A stretch of DNA of 64,000 nt from an uncultured Paraglaciecola sp. (lineage in GTDB: Bacteria > Pseudomonadota > Gammaproteobacteria > Enterobacterales > Alteromonadaceae): the NCBI RefSeq assembly GCF_913020055.1, contig NZ_CAJWCF010000006.1:8273-72272 (forward strand), read 5' to 3'. Below the pieces are notes generated by a model that worked only from the letters and a program-made list of their open reading frames with translations, made no database searches and was not told where the DNA came from. A program made the translations under genes and the position numbers. Positions 8,852 through 17,795 of the stretch are shown piece by piece (position 1 is the first letter of the stretch; every line of letters begins with the position of its first letter).

Positions 8852-10564
8852 ATGCAAAAAAAATTACAGTGGACCAGTTTGATGTTGATATTGGGTTTAT
8901 CCGCTCAATCGGTAAAAGCCGATGAGGAGGCCGCTAATCGTTGGTTAAAAACTGAATTTACCGACTCGACATTGAGCCAAGAGCAACAGTTAGAGGAAAT
9001 GCGTTGGTTTATTCAAGCGGCGAAACCCTTCGCTGGTATGAGCATTAATGTTGCCTCAGAAACGATTGCGACTCATGAATATGAGTCGAAAGTCTTAGCC
9101 AAAGCATTCAGTGAAATCACTGGTATCAAGATCACCCATGATTTGATCCAAGAAGGTGATGTGGTCGAAAAGCTACAAACCCAAATGCAATCGGGTCGTA
9201 ATATTTATGATGCTTATGTGAATGACTCTGACTTGATAGGTACACATTTTCGTTACGGTAAAGTAGTGCCTATATCCGATATGATTGCCGGTGATGGCAA
9301 AGATTTAACCTTGCCTACCTTGGACTTAGAAGACTTTATCGGCTTGAGTTTTACCACAGGCCCTGACGGCAAAGTGTATCAGTTGCCTAGTCAGCAGTTT
9401 GCTAACTTATATTGGTTCAGAGCCGATTGGTTTGAGCGCGCAGACTTAAAAAGTAAATTCAAAGAGTTATACGGTTATGACTTAGGTGTGCCAGTCAATT
9501 GGTCAGCCTATGAAGATATTGCCGAGTTTTTTAGTGAAAAAGTCAAAGTGCTTGATGGTAAACCTGTATACGGTCATATGGATTACGGTAAGAAAGACCC
9601 GTCCCTAGGATGGCGATTCACCGATGCTTGGTTTTCTATGGCAGGTGCAGGCGATGTAGGTATTCCAAACGGATTACCAGTAGATGAATGGGGTATTCGT
9701 GTAGAAGGCTGCCAGCCAGTAGGTTCTAGTGTCTCCAGAGGCGGTGCAACCAATGGCCCTGCTGCTGTTTATGCCACGCAAAAATATGTTGATTGGTTAC
9801 GCCAATACGCACCACCAGAAGCCCAAGGCATGACCTTTTCTGAATCTGGCCCAGTACCGGCACAAGGTGCAATCGCCCAGCAAATATTTTGGTACACCGC
9901 TTTTACCGCTAGTATGAATGTACCTGGGTTACCCGTGGTGAACGAAGACGGCACACCAAAATGGCGTATGGCGCCTTCACCTAAAGGCCCATATTGGCAA
10001 GAAGGCATGAAACTAGGCTACCAAGACACGGGCGCTTGGACTTTCTTAAATTCTACTCCTGACAAACGTCGTTTGGCCGCTTGGTTGTACGCTCAGTTTA
10101 CTGTGTCTAAAACTGTATCGCTGAAAAAAACCTTAGTGGGTTTAACGCCTTTCCGTGAATCAGATATTAACTCACAACAAATGACCGATGTGGCACCTAT
10201 GCTTGGTGGATTAGTGGAGTTTTACCGCAGCCCAGCCCGTAAACAGTGGACACCTACAGGTACTAATGTGCCCGATTACCCGAAACTGGCACAACTTTGG
10301 TGGAAGTACATTTCTGAAGTCGCTAGCGGTGAAAGCTCTGCGCAAAAAGCTTTAGACGGCCTAGCGGCTGCACAAGACAAGGTAATGCGACGTATAGAGC
10401 GGGCTAAAGTGCAAGGCGAATGTGGACCAAAATTGAACAAACCAAGAGATCCCGAATATTGGCTAGCTCAACCCGGTTCACCCAAAGCCAAACTGGCCAA
10501 TGAAAAACCCCAAGGCCAGACAGTAGCTTATGAGCAACTTTTGAAAAGTTGGCAGGGAGAGTAA
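8852..10564 (+). CDS. ABC transporter periplasmic substrate-binding protein (GlpV-like)
   Basis: Signal peptide MQKKLQWTSLMLILGLSAQSVKA; YVNDSDLIGTH, YGHMDYGKKDPSLGWRFTDAW, GTNVPDYPKLAQLWW. AGAGGG RBS before ATG 8852. Confidence 0.88.
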   Translation: MQKKLQWTSLMLILGLSAQSVKADEEAANRWLKTEFTDSTLSQEQQLEEMRWFIQAAKPFAGMSINVASETIATHEYESKVLAKAFSEITGIKITHDLIQEGDVVEKLQTQMQSGRNIYDAYVNDSDLIGTHFRYGKVVPISDMIAGDGKDLTLPTLDLEDFIGLSFTTGPDGKVYQLPSQQFANLYWFRADWFERADLKSKFKELYGYDLGVPVNWSAYEDIAEFFSEKVKVLDGKPVYGHMDYGKKDPSLGWRFTDAWFSMAGAGDVGIPNGLPVDEWGIRVEGCQPVGSSVSRGGATNGPAAVYATQKYVDWLRQYAPPEAQGMTFSESGPVPAQGAIAQQIFWYTAFTASMNVPGLPVVNEDGTPKWRMAPSPKGPYWQEGMKLGYQDTGAWTFLNSTPDKRRLAAWLYAQFTVSKTVSLKKTLVGLTPFRESDINSQQMTDVAPMLGGLVEFYRSPARKQWTPTGTNVPDYPKLAQLWWKYISEVASGESSAQKALDGLAAAQDKVMRRIERAKVQGECGPKLNKPRDPEYWLAQPGSPKAKLANEKPQGQTVAYEQLLKSWQGE

Positions 10565-11029
10565 GAGTGTTATTTATTTGAAAGGTTGTTTAAAAGTAGG
10601 TTCAAATATAAAGAAGGACTAATAAATTCCTTCTTTATTGAGTTGAAATTTCTAATTCATTTTCGGCTCAAAGGTGCTGCCCGAGAGGAATACCTATTTT
10701 TACCCTCTTCAATCAACACTTCTGAAATGCGTATTTTGAGGTGGTATACTTATAAATATGTTATTCCCCAATTATCTGGAAAATTTAGCCAGAAATATTG
10801 AGTGTATTACATGGAAACTTATTCTAATTTCTTATAGAAACCAACGGCAATAATATAGATACTGACTTTGATAAGCGAATTACAGACGCTGGGATAATTA
10901 GTTTTTCAACCACGAATTCCTGCATACTTCCGATAAAGATATACTCGCACTATGACGAGTTAGCGTTATTAGGGGGATATGCCCCTTTTAAAGGGTGCCT
11001 GAATAGATGGGGACAATAAATTTAAGCGT

Positions 11030-11230
11030 TATAAACTATTGCAACTCCCTTTGTTATCAAATTATTACCCACAGTTTCTGGCCCTCATTGGACAACAAGT
11101 TAATGGTTTTCCCAAGTATGTGCGTTCAGAATTTGAAACGTACTCCAAGTGAAGAAATTTGGAATATGGCTTTTTGCAAGTTCATTGTAAAGAGTGTCAC
11201 CATGAACACCTTGTTGCAATAACATGCCCT
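11030..11230 (+). pseudogene. Relic of an IS91/ISCR-family transposase, N-terminal zinc-binding domain
   Basis: Hand translation: (SLCYQII, frameshift) NYYPQFLALIGQQVNGFPKYVRSEFETYSK*RNLEYGFLQVHCKECHHEHLVAITC. This matches the remembered IS91-type pattern LYQ..YP.F....G..LP.YV..EF..Y..CG.LE.GF..V.C..CHHE.LVAFSC. In-frame TGA at 11150-11152; the rest of the gene is absent. Confidence 0.75.
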
Positions 11231-11355
11231 AATCACATAGTGAACTAAACCCAATAAGCCTCATTCATTTGTCGGCGCTGTGAAATTTCAATGATGTTAA
11301 GTATGAAAATGAAGAATTATAATCATAAATACAATAATAAATTTAAAGATAAGCT

Positions 11356-12315
11356 TTATTTTTTAACCGGTGTCATTCTTGTTAGATTATCTTTGAATGG
11401 CTTTAGATAGGCTTGATATATTGACTGGTGACCTGGGTCACCAGTGCCGATACCAAACCGAATTTTACCCACCTTAGATGAGTGAATTAAGGTTCCAATC
11501 ATCCTATCCCAAATAGCGAAGGTTGAGCCTAAGTTACGGTCGAAGTGCTCAGGTTTATCGCTATGATGCACTTGATGTTGTGCAGGGCTGATAAACCATG
11601 ACTCAATTTTATCTCCCCAAGACCACCATACGTGGGAGTGGCGAAGGTTTGCTCCCATGACATTGAAAACAAATACAAAAATATTGGCACCAAGAACATC
11701 GAACATACTCAATGTTGGTCCAAAAAAATAATAACCAATACCCACGGCTAACCCTTGAGAGAGTGCCATTCTACATGCGTATAAATAGCTTTCAAAAGGA
11801 TGACTTCGATATATTGTCATCGGTGTCATCACTTTTGCTGAATGATGTACTTTATGGAAATCCCATAGAACGGGCACTTTATGCATGGCTAAGTGCAATA
11901 AAAAACGCGTCAGGTCATCTAACAAAAACAGTACCAGAGTAAAAATACTGATGATAACCACTTGGTTATCAGTGATAGGTGCCATGTCGCCAAACAGTGT
12001 TGCAAGTAAATCTGAAAATCCGATTGCTATTGGCACCATGGTTAACACTATCGGTGCCCAAAGCAATACTTTTAGCAGGCGGTTTACAATAAACAAGCTG
12101 TAATCAAGTCGAGCAGAAGCATGAAACCATATTTTTTTATTAAACAGGTAACCCCAAAAAGCACCCAACCTAAAATTTTTCTTTTGAACTAAGTAAGCCG
12201 GAATAGCGAGCAAAATAGCGGATACTAAATAAATACCAAAAACACGTTTATTGGCATCCATCAAATATCCAGGTAAGTACAGGATACTCTCGCTTAGTAA
12301 ATCAACTATTTGCAT
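11356..12315 (-). CDS. Sterol desaturase / fatty acid hydroxylase superfamily membrane protein
   Basis: His boxes HLAMH, HKVHH, RHSH and HQVHH; several TM segments; RNLGSTFAIWDRMIGT. Confidence 0.9.
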   Translation of the reverse strand: MQIVDLLSESILYLPGYLMDANKRVFGIYLVSAILLAIPAYLVQKKNFRLGAFWGYLFNKKIWFHASARLDYSLFIVNRLLKVLLWAPIVLTMVPIAIGFSDLLATLFGDMAPITDNQVVIISIFTLVLFLLDDLTRFLLHLAMHKVPVLWDFHKVHHSAKVMTPMTIYRSHPFESYLYACRMALSQGLAVGIGYYFFGPTLSMFDVLGANIFVFVFNVMGANLRHSHVWWSWGDKIESWFISPAQHQVHHSDKPEHFDRNLGSTFAIWDRMIGTLIHSSKVGKIRFGIGTGDPGHQSIYQAYLKPFKDNLTRMTPVKK

Positions 12316-12354
12316 CTAATCCTCTTTAAAACACAGTCACTTAAAAAATCCTTG

Positions 12355-14598
12355 CTAAAACCTGTATTTATAACCCACTTGAAACTGCCTCGATTTGGTT
12401 GGCCTTGCACCAAAAGGTCTTCGGCTTGATATTTTTGCGGTATCAAAAATATTATCTATTTTTGCATACAGCTGGCTGTTGCTTGTTAGATTATAACTTC
12501 CTGATAAATCAACATTCGTCAATGCTTGCGTTTTTAAACCTGCTAAAGCTGAATCTCTTGGATCGCCTGGATCAACCGTTAAAGCAGTCTGAGCCGATTC
12601 TTTCATTTCGCCGGAATAACTGGCTAATATAAATATTTGCCAGTTATTCGCGGTTAAACCCAGACTCAGAGATAAAATATCATCCGCTAAATAAGGGACG
12701 CCATCTCCTTCGTTTACGAGTCCCCATTGAGTAAAATCAGAATAGAAGGTGTCTTTGAATTCGGATTCAGTATGCGTGTACACAATCGACCAAGGTAGAG
12801 ACAACTGACTATTAAGTTTATAGGTATCACTGACAGTGGCTTCGATCCCATAAATGTCTACTTCCCCTGCATTAAATTCTACGTCAGTGTCGCACCCAGC
12901 AGAGACAGAGCAACTTTCTTTAAGGTTACTGTAGTCAGTGAAAAAACCAATCACTTCAGCTTCTTGACCACTATTAACGTATCGATAGCCCAGTTCATAG
13001 TTGACACTTTTTTCAGTTTTTATTTCTACCGCTTGCGCAGGGCTGGTAGGCACAAAACCACTGTACACGCCACCAAAGATGCCTGAAAATTTAGATAGTT
13101 CGTAATACGCACTGATGCTGGGTAACCAGATCTTGTTAGTTTTTTTCAGAAAGTCTTGCTCTCGGCCCGGTGCACGGTTTTGATAATAACCATCAATCGA
13201 CTCACCTCTAACACCCAACGTTAGACTGAGGTCTTCAAACTGCAGTGTATCTTGAATATATATAGACAGTGCTTCGGTGTTTTCAGTATTGGTTGAAGTG
13301 GGTTTTGTAGCTTCACCGGTAGATTGCAGGTTTCCTGAGCGTAAAAAGAAGTTGTCTTCTATATGATTTCGCTCAATTTGGTCTTCATGAAAACGAATAC
13401 CTCCTTCAATTTCATTTTCAAGGCCAAACAGTCCCAAGTCCCATGCAAAGTCTATTTGCATGCCCTGTGAATAATACTCACGAGCGTTTGTGCTCAACAC
13501 CAGAATTTCTCTTAAAGTGCTATCTCTATCACCTGTTAACGTTTGATAATAAGGAAGGTTTTGTTCGCTTGTTGGGTCGCGCAAAATTTGCTGCAACGTG
13601 GGTACAAAGCCACCCTGGGAACTAATAAATTCGTTTACTTTAAACCAATCGCGTTCGAAATCATTACGATAAACCCGCGTTGTGGCATTAAAATCAGAAA
13701 ATTCAATATGATGAGTTAGTTGAATTTGTTGATGCTCCCAATTCATCTGGTCTAATTGACTAGATACATAACGTCTATAAGGATTTTCAGAAAAATCAGC
13801 ATCAGTTAAGCCGAGGTAAGTTTCATCCGATGTTTCTTCTCCGTAGGAAAGTTTTAATTCAAACAACTGAGAATAATCATCACCATCCAGTCGATAATTG
13901 AACTTCGCCATCAAATCTGACTTATCGAACCCAGTATCACCGCCGCCATCTATCTCTTTAAAACCATCAGCTTTAAAATGCAAACCTTCCAGCAGGAAAC
14001 CAAAGTCGCCAACAGTATCGCCATAATAAGCGTGAAGTTTGCCATAGTTGTCAGTACCAAGACCTAAATCTAGGGCACTTTCTTGGCTGTCTGGTACTTG
14101 CCTAGAAATGAGGTTTAACGTTCCCGCCACCGTATTCGGGCCGTACTTAATGGTTGATGGACCTTTGGTGACTTCTATTGCCGTCATACGTGTGGTGTTG
14201 GGGAAATAATAAGCAGCAGATGCAGAGTAGGGGGCAGGGCCAATTAAAACACCATCTTCCATGATATTTATTTTTTTACTACGCTCAGGTGTCACGCCGC
14301 GAAACCCGATATTAGGACGTAACCCATAACCGTCCTCTTGACGGATATTGACGCCAGGTACGGTAGCTAAAATTCTGCCGATGTCATCATATTCAAACTT
14401 TTCTAGCTCCAATTCATCAATCAACTTGACTGAGCCTGTCGATTTTATGAGATCTTCTTTGCTGCCGATCACACTCATTCGCTCGATTGAAGTGTGATCA
14501 TCATTTGCAACAGCCAATGGACTAAGCAATATGCTCGTTATTAATACTGCTAAGGGCTTTTTGATCATTGATGGTTTTAATGTATTTAAATTAATCAT
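12355..14598 (-). CDS. TonB-dependent receptor, FecA-like
   Basis: Signal peptide, TonB-box-like IERMSVIG, plug motif VPGVNIRQEDGYGLRPNIGFRG, KYGPNTVAGTLNL, C-terminal GYKYRF. Start (14598) overlaps the imelysin stop. Confidence 0.93.
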   Translation of the reverse strand: MINLNTLKPSMIKKPLAVLITSILLSPLAVANDDHTSIERMSVIGSKEDLIKSTGSVKLIDELELEKFEYDDIGRILATVPGVNIRQEDGYGLRPNIGFRGVTPERSKKINIMEDGVLIGPAPYSASAAYYFPNTTRMTAIEVTKGPSTIKYGPNTVAGTLNLISRQVPDSQESALDLGLGTDNYGKLHAYYGDTVGDFGFLLEGLHFKADGFKEIDGGGDTGFDKSDLMAKFNYRLDGDDYSQLFELKLSYGEETSDETYLGLTDADFSENPYRRYVSSQLDQMNWEHQQIQLTHHIEFSDFNATTRVYRNDFERDWFKVNEFISSQGGFVPTLQQILRDPTSEQNLPYYQTLTGDRDSTLREILVLSTNAREYYSQGMQIDFAWDLGLFGLENEIEGGIRFHEDQIERNHIEDNFFLRSGNLQSTGEATKPTSTNTENTEALSIYIQDTLQFEDLSLTLGVRGESIDGYYQNRAPGREQDFLKKTNKIWLPSISAYYELSKFSGIFGGVYSGFVPTSPAQAVEIKTEKSVNYELGYRYVNSGQEAEVIGFFTDYSNLKESCSVSAGCDTDVEFNAGEVDIYGIEATVSDTYKLNSQLSLPWSIVYTHTESEFKDTFYSDFTQWGLVNEGDGVPYLADDILSLSLGLTANNWQIFILASYSGEMKESAQTALTVDPGDPRDSALAGLKTQALTNVDLSGSYNLTSNSQLYAKIDNIFDTAKISSRRPFGARPTKSRQFQVGYKYRF

Positions 14599-15847
14599 TG
14601 TCACCAGCCGATGTAGCCGGTAATTCGAGCGCTAGCCTCTGAATAAAATCTGTTTTCATATTATCTGTTACGTCTTTAAGTTGATCGTGCACCTCTTGCA
14701 CTTGCTCTGGCTGTTGTACTAACAAGTCTGTAAGTGAGCTTTGTAGACTCAAGGCAAACTCAATAACCTCGGTTAAATCGCCACGCATTTTTGCTGCCGT
14801 GTCAGTTGCACCGACATCAAGCAGATAATCCTCGAATCCAATACCTGCATCAGTTTCGCCACCCAAAAAAATCATATTGAGACCCTGAATGTTGCTGATG
14901 ATATTTTGTAGAGAATGATAAGCAAAACGAGATTCTACATTTTCAGCACAGGGTGCGAGTCCACAATCATTTGCAAACACGCCAAGTGGTGTGGCTAATT
15001 TGGCGTCTTTAGTGAATTTTTCGATATAAAAAATTGCGTCAGACACATCATTCACTGCGTCTTGAGCATTGTTGAATATACTATCCTGTTGACCCGCATT
15101 TTTAAGAATATCAGCATAACCTTGCGCGTTTTCTGAACCGTTCCAGGCCGTTAATAACGCTTCAATATTGGAGACTAAATCTGTAGCAGCGATTTTTGCT
15201 AGTCCACATCTTGCGACTGTTCTGTCTTCATCTGTACGATTATTCCAACCTTGGGGATCGGTTCCAAATACAGTACAGCTATGGTCTAAGTTTGGATTGA
15301 ACAACAAGTATTCGATGGCATCCAAGCCTTTTCTGCTAGCCGTACGTGTACTGATGTCATAGTCTGCTTGTTCAGCTAACACCACGTCTTGGTCTAAAGC
15401 GCAAGCACTCGTATTAGGCCAAGAATATATTTTGTTTCTGAGATCGTTATTGTTATCTAAAAGTGGCCCTATTTGCATCACTTCGGCTATTTGCCAAACC
15501 GCCATGGCATCTCGCCAGCTTTGTTTTGCTGATATTTGTGTTGCATCGATATCATCAGCTTGAGAGGTCAGAGCATCGCAGTAATGACCAATCGCAGTCT
15601 CTTGATCAACCGCTAACTGAGCAAATTTGGTGTAAGTAGGAACAATGACATTGTCAGTTAAGCTTTGTAGAAGCAAAGTCTGGTTGAAACTATTACTAGG
15701 TGTTGTTGGTTTAGTGGCAGCTTGAGAAAATAGCGCCCCTTGAGTGCTACTTGAACTTTCGCCACAAGCCACCAAACCCATTATGGCTCCAATAGCGGCA
15801 CTATTGAGCACTAGATTGATTAGTTTCGAATTAAAAGGTTTTGCCAC
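14591..15847 (-). CDS. Imelysin-family lipoprotein
   Basis: Lipobox LVAC, Ser-rich linker, NVIVPTY, KIYSWP, KGLDAIEYLLF, KLATPLG, C-terminal LALELPATSAGDND. Confidence 0.85.
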   Translation of the reverse strand: MAKPFNSKLINLVLNSAAIGAIMGLVACGESSSSTQGALFSQAATKPTTPSNSFNQTLLLQSLTDNVIVPTYTKFAQLAVDQETAIGHYCDALTSQADDIDATQISAKQSWRDAMAVWQIAEVMQIGPLLDNNNDLRNKIYSWPNTSACALDQDVVLAEQADYDISTRTASRKGLDAIEYLLFNPNLDHSCTVFGTDPQGWNNRTDEDRTVARCGLAKIAATDLVSNIEALLTAWNGSENAQGYADILKNAGQQDSIFNNAQDAVNDVSDAIFYIEKFTKDAKLATPLGVFANDCGLAPCAENVESRFAYHSLQNIISNIQGLNMIFLGGETDAGIGFEDYLLDVGATDTAAKMRGDLTEVIEFALSLQSSLTDLLVQQPEQVQEVHDQLKDVTDNMKTDFIQRLALELPATSAGDND

Positions 15848-15880
15848 TTCTTATACTCCAATATGCATAACGTAAAATTT

Positions 15881-15914
15881 AAAAAAGAGGTTAGCCTCGA
15901 AAGGGTAACCTCTT
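15881..15914 (-). terminator. Intrinsic terminator/attenuator between the first and second gene of the cassette
   Basis: On the minus strand: AAGAGGTTA-C-CCT-TTCG-AGG-C-TAACCTCTT followed by a T tract. Confidence 0.7.
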
Positions 15915-16006
15915 AGGAATATCAGCAGTGTTATTCCAGTTTATTGATAAGATTTGTTATAGATTTTCATTATGAAATTTTACCACGAAATCCTGTTATA
16001 AAAGGT

Positions 16007-17737
16007 TTACCAATTGGCTGCATTCTGTGCATCAAATGCGTAAGCTGCCTGCAACAAATCTCTAGCTATCATTAAATCAGCACGATAAGCCAACACTTCA
16101 GCTTCGCCTGTTAATACCGGCATGTCACCCATCATACTGTGAACTGTAATGAAGTCTGCATCGTTAAGAGGTGTGGCTTTGTTAAACTGTAAACCTAAAG
16201 CGAAGCCCTTCATTTCAGACCAATGTTTTGCGATAGTAGAATAGCTAAAGTCATCAGTTCCAATCGTTCCTAAATCTGCATCTACATCATTGATGTAGTG
16301 AACAACCGTTGCTGCAATGGCTTTTTCCCATGTTAGAACAGCAATATCACGATACCCATAGAGCTCAGTTTTTTGCGCTTCTGTTAACGCAACGCCAGCA
16401 GTATCATTTAACAATTTACGACCCTGTAAAAATGCGTCCATTGCTTCCTTGCTAAAATCGTTAGCGACTGTTGCACCACGGTCACGCTTAGCTGCATTAG
16501 CTGAATGTCCAAAGTTGTACTCAGAATTGAAGTCAATGGCTCCATCTCCATTGGTATCGTGATAAAGCTGCCAATCGTCACGACCGCCCTTTGTGGCGAC
16601 TTCTTCATCCGTGTAATCAAGATAATCTCTGGCCGCACCGAAATAACCGAACCCTTCATCAAACTGATGTTCTAACTCAGTGTATGCTTTTGATGTATCA
16701 GTGTGATCAGAAAGCAAGCCTTTGCCATCTGTATCGCTGTCTAAGTAATCATCTACACCTTGCGAAAATGAGACTGACATTGATAAGAATTTTTGAATAA
16801 GTTGCCTTAAATCACGACCATCACTGGTTAATGAGATATTAGTAATGTCATTACCAAAGGGGTCTTGACGAACGGTTCCGTCTAGTTGAGTTTGTGCATT
16901 ATCAGCAAGCATATCAAAGAAGGTACGAACAAGGCCTTCAGGTGTTGTAGAGCCTTTTGCTCCCCAACCTGCAAACTCACTATTCCAGTCTTTATGCTGA
17001 CCTGTGGTATCATTACCTGCTATTTTACCTACTAAATTTTTTGACGAGCTTGATAAGTCTGCCAACACAGTTTGAGCGCCAGGCGACGTGGTTGTTAAAA
17101 TTGAACGTTGTGAAGCCACATCATAATCAGAAACATCAAAATATGAATTAAGTGCATTGATTACCGCATCACGATTGATAAAAGCGCCATTGGTATCAAA
17201 CGCTGTTGCATCGCTTATTTCTGCACCAATAAATTTGAATAGGTCACTTATCAGTATTTGACGAGCCACTTGTCCGCTATAATTTACCGCAGACTCTCCG
17301 GGCATCGCTTTACTTTCGAAATCGTAATAATCTAATAAGTCATCGACATAAAGGGTTATATCTTTGCTGAAAGTGGCACTAGCACTGTCAGTAACTGTGA
17401 CAATTAAGGAAACGTTGGCTTCTTGCTCAAAGTTCAGTGTATTTTCTGCTTTGAGTTTTAACGCCGCACCATCTATTTCAAAACGATCGTCGTCAACAGC
17501 AAAAGTAAAGGTATCTGCTGTATCAGCATCGGTTGCTGATAAGGTGCCAATAGCGGCACCTGTAACGTTCTCTGAAACATTACTGGCAGACAAAGCTATG
17601 TCTGTAGGTGCGCTATTGACCGAAGGTGTAGGAGTCGGCGTTGGCATAGAATCACTAGAACTTCCACCACAGGCTGTTAATCCAAATGTGGCAGCAACAA
17701 CTGCGGCTGATAATAAACTCTTTTTAGTTTTAAGCAT
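16007..17737 (-). CDS. Lipoprotein with a cadherin-like repeat and a DUF4856-type domain
   Basis: Start MLKTKKSLL at 17737 (GAGGG RBS), lipobox LTAC, GGSSS and PTPTPTP linker. Cadherin motifs: APTDI.LS...SEN, ATDAD, LNFE, VTVTD. Then SAVNYSGQVARQ, DLRQLIQKFL, EHQFDEGFGYFG, AKHWSEMKGFALGLQFN. Confidence 0.8.
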   Translation of the reverse strand: MLKTKKSLLSAAVVAATFGLTACGGSSSDSMPTPTPTPSVNSAPTDIALSASNVSENVTGAAIGTLSATDADTADTFTFAVDDDRFEIDGAALKLKAENTLNFEQEANVSLIVTVTDSASATFSKDITLYVDDLLDYYDFESKAMPGESAVNYSGQVARQILISDLFKFIGAEISDATAFDTNGAFINRDAVINALNSYFDVSDYDVASQRSILTTTSPGAQTVLADLSSSSKNLVGKIAGNDTTGQHKDWNSEFAGWGAKGSTTPEGLVRTFFDMLADNAQTQLDGTVRQDPFGNDITNISLTSDGRDLRQLIQKFLSMSVSFSQGVDDYLDSDTDGKGLLSDHTDTSKAYTELEHQFDEGFGYFGAARDYLDYTDEEVATKGGRDDWQLYHDTNGDGAIDFNSEYNFGHSANAAKRDRGATVANDFSKEAMDAFLQGRKLLNDTAGVALTEAQKTELYGYRDIAVLTWEKAIAATVVHYINDVDADLGTIGTDDFSYSTIAKHWSEMKGFALGLQFNKATPLNDADFITVHSMMGDMPVLTGEAEVLAYRADLMIARDLLQAAYAFDAQNAANW

Positions 17738-17795
17738 GTTTCCCTCGAAATACAAATGGATTAGTAATTTATTTGACGTAAACACTATAAAACAG

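Noticed and set aside
11007-11222. 71-aa ORF as a real gene
   Set aside because: It is mostly an off-frame reading of the IS91 relic; the transposase-like sequence is in another frame.
11295-11340. AT-rich ATGAAAATGAAGAATTATAATCAT as a second Fur box
   Set aside because: Poor symmetry, and it lies downstream of a gene end with no gene start to regulate.
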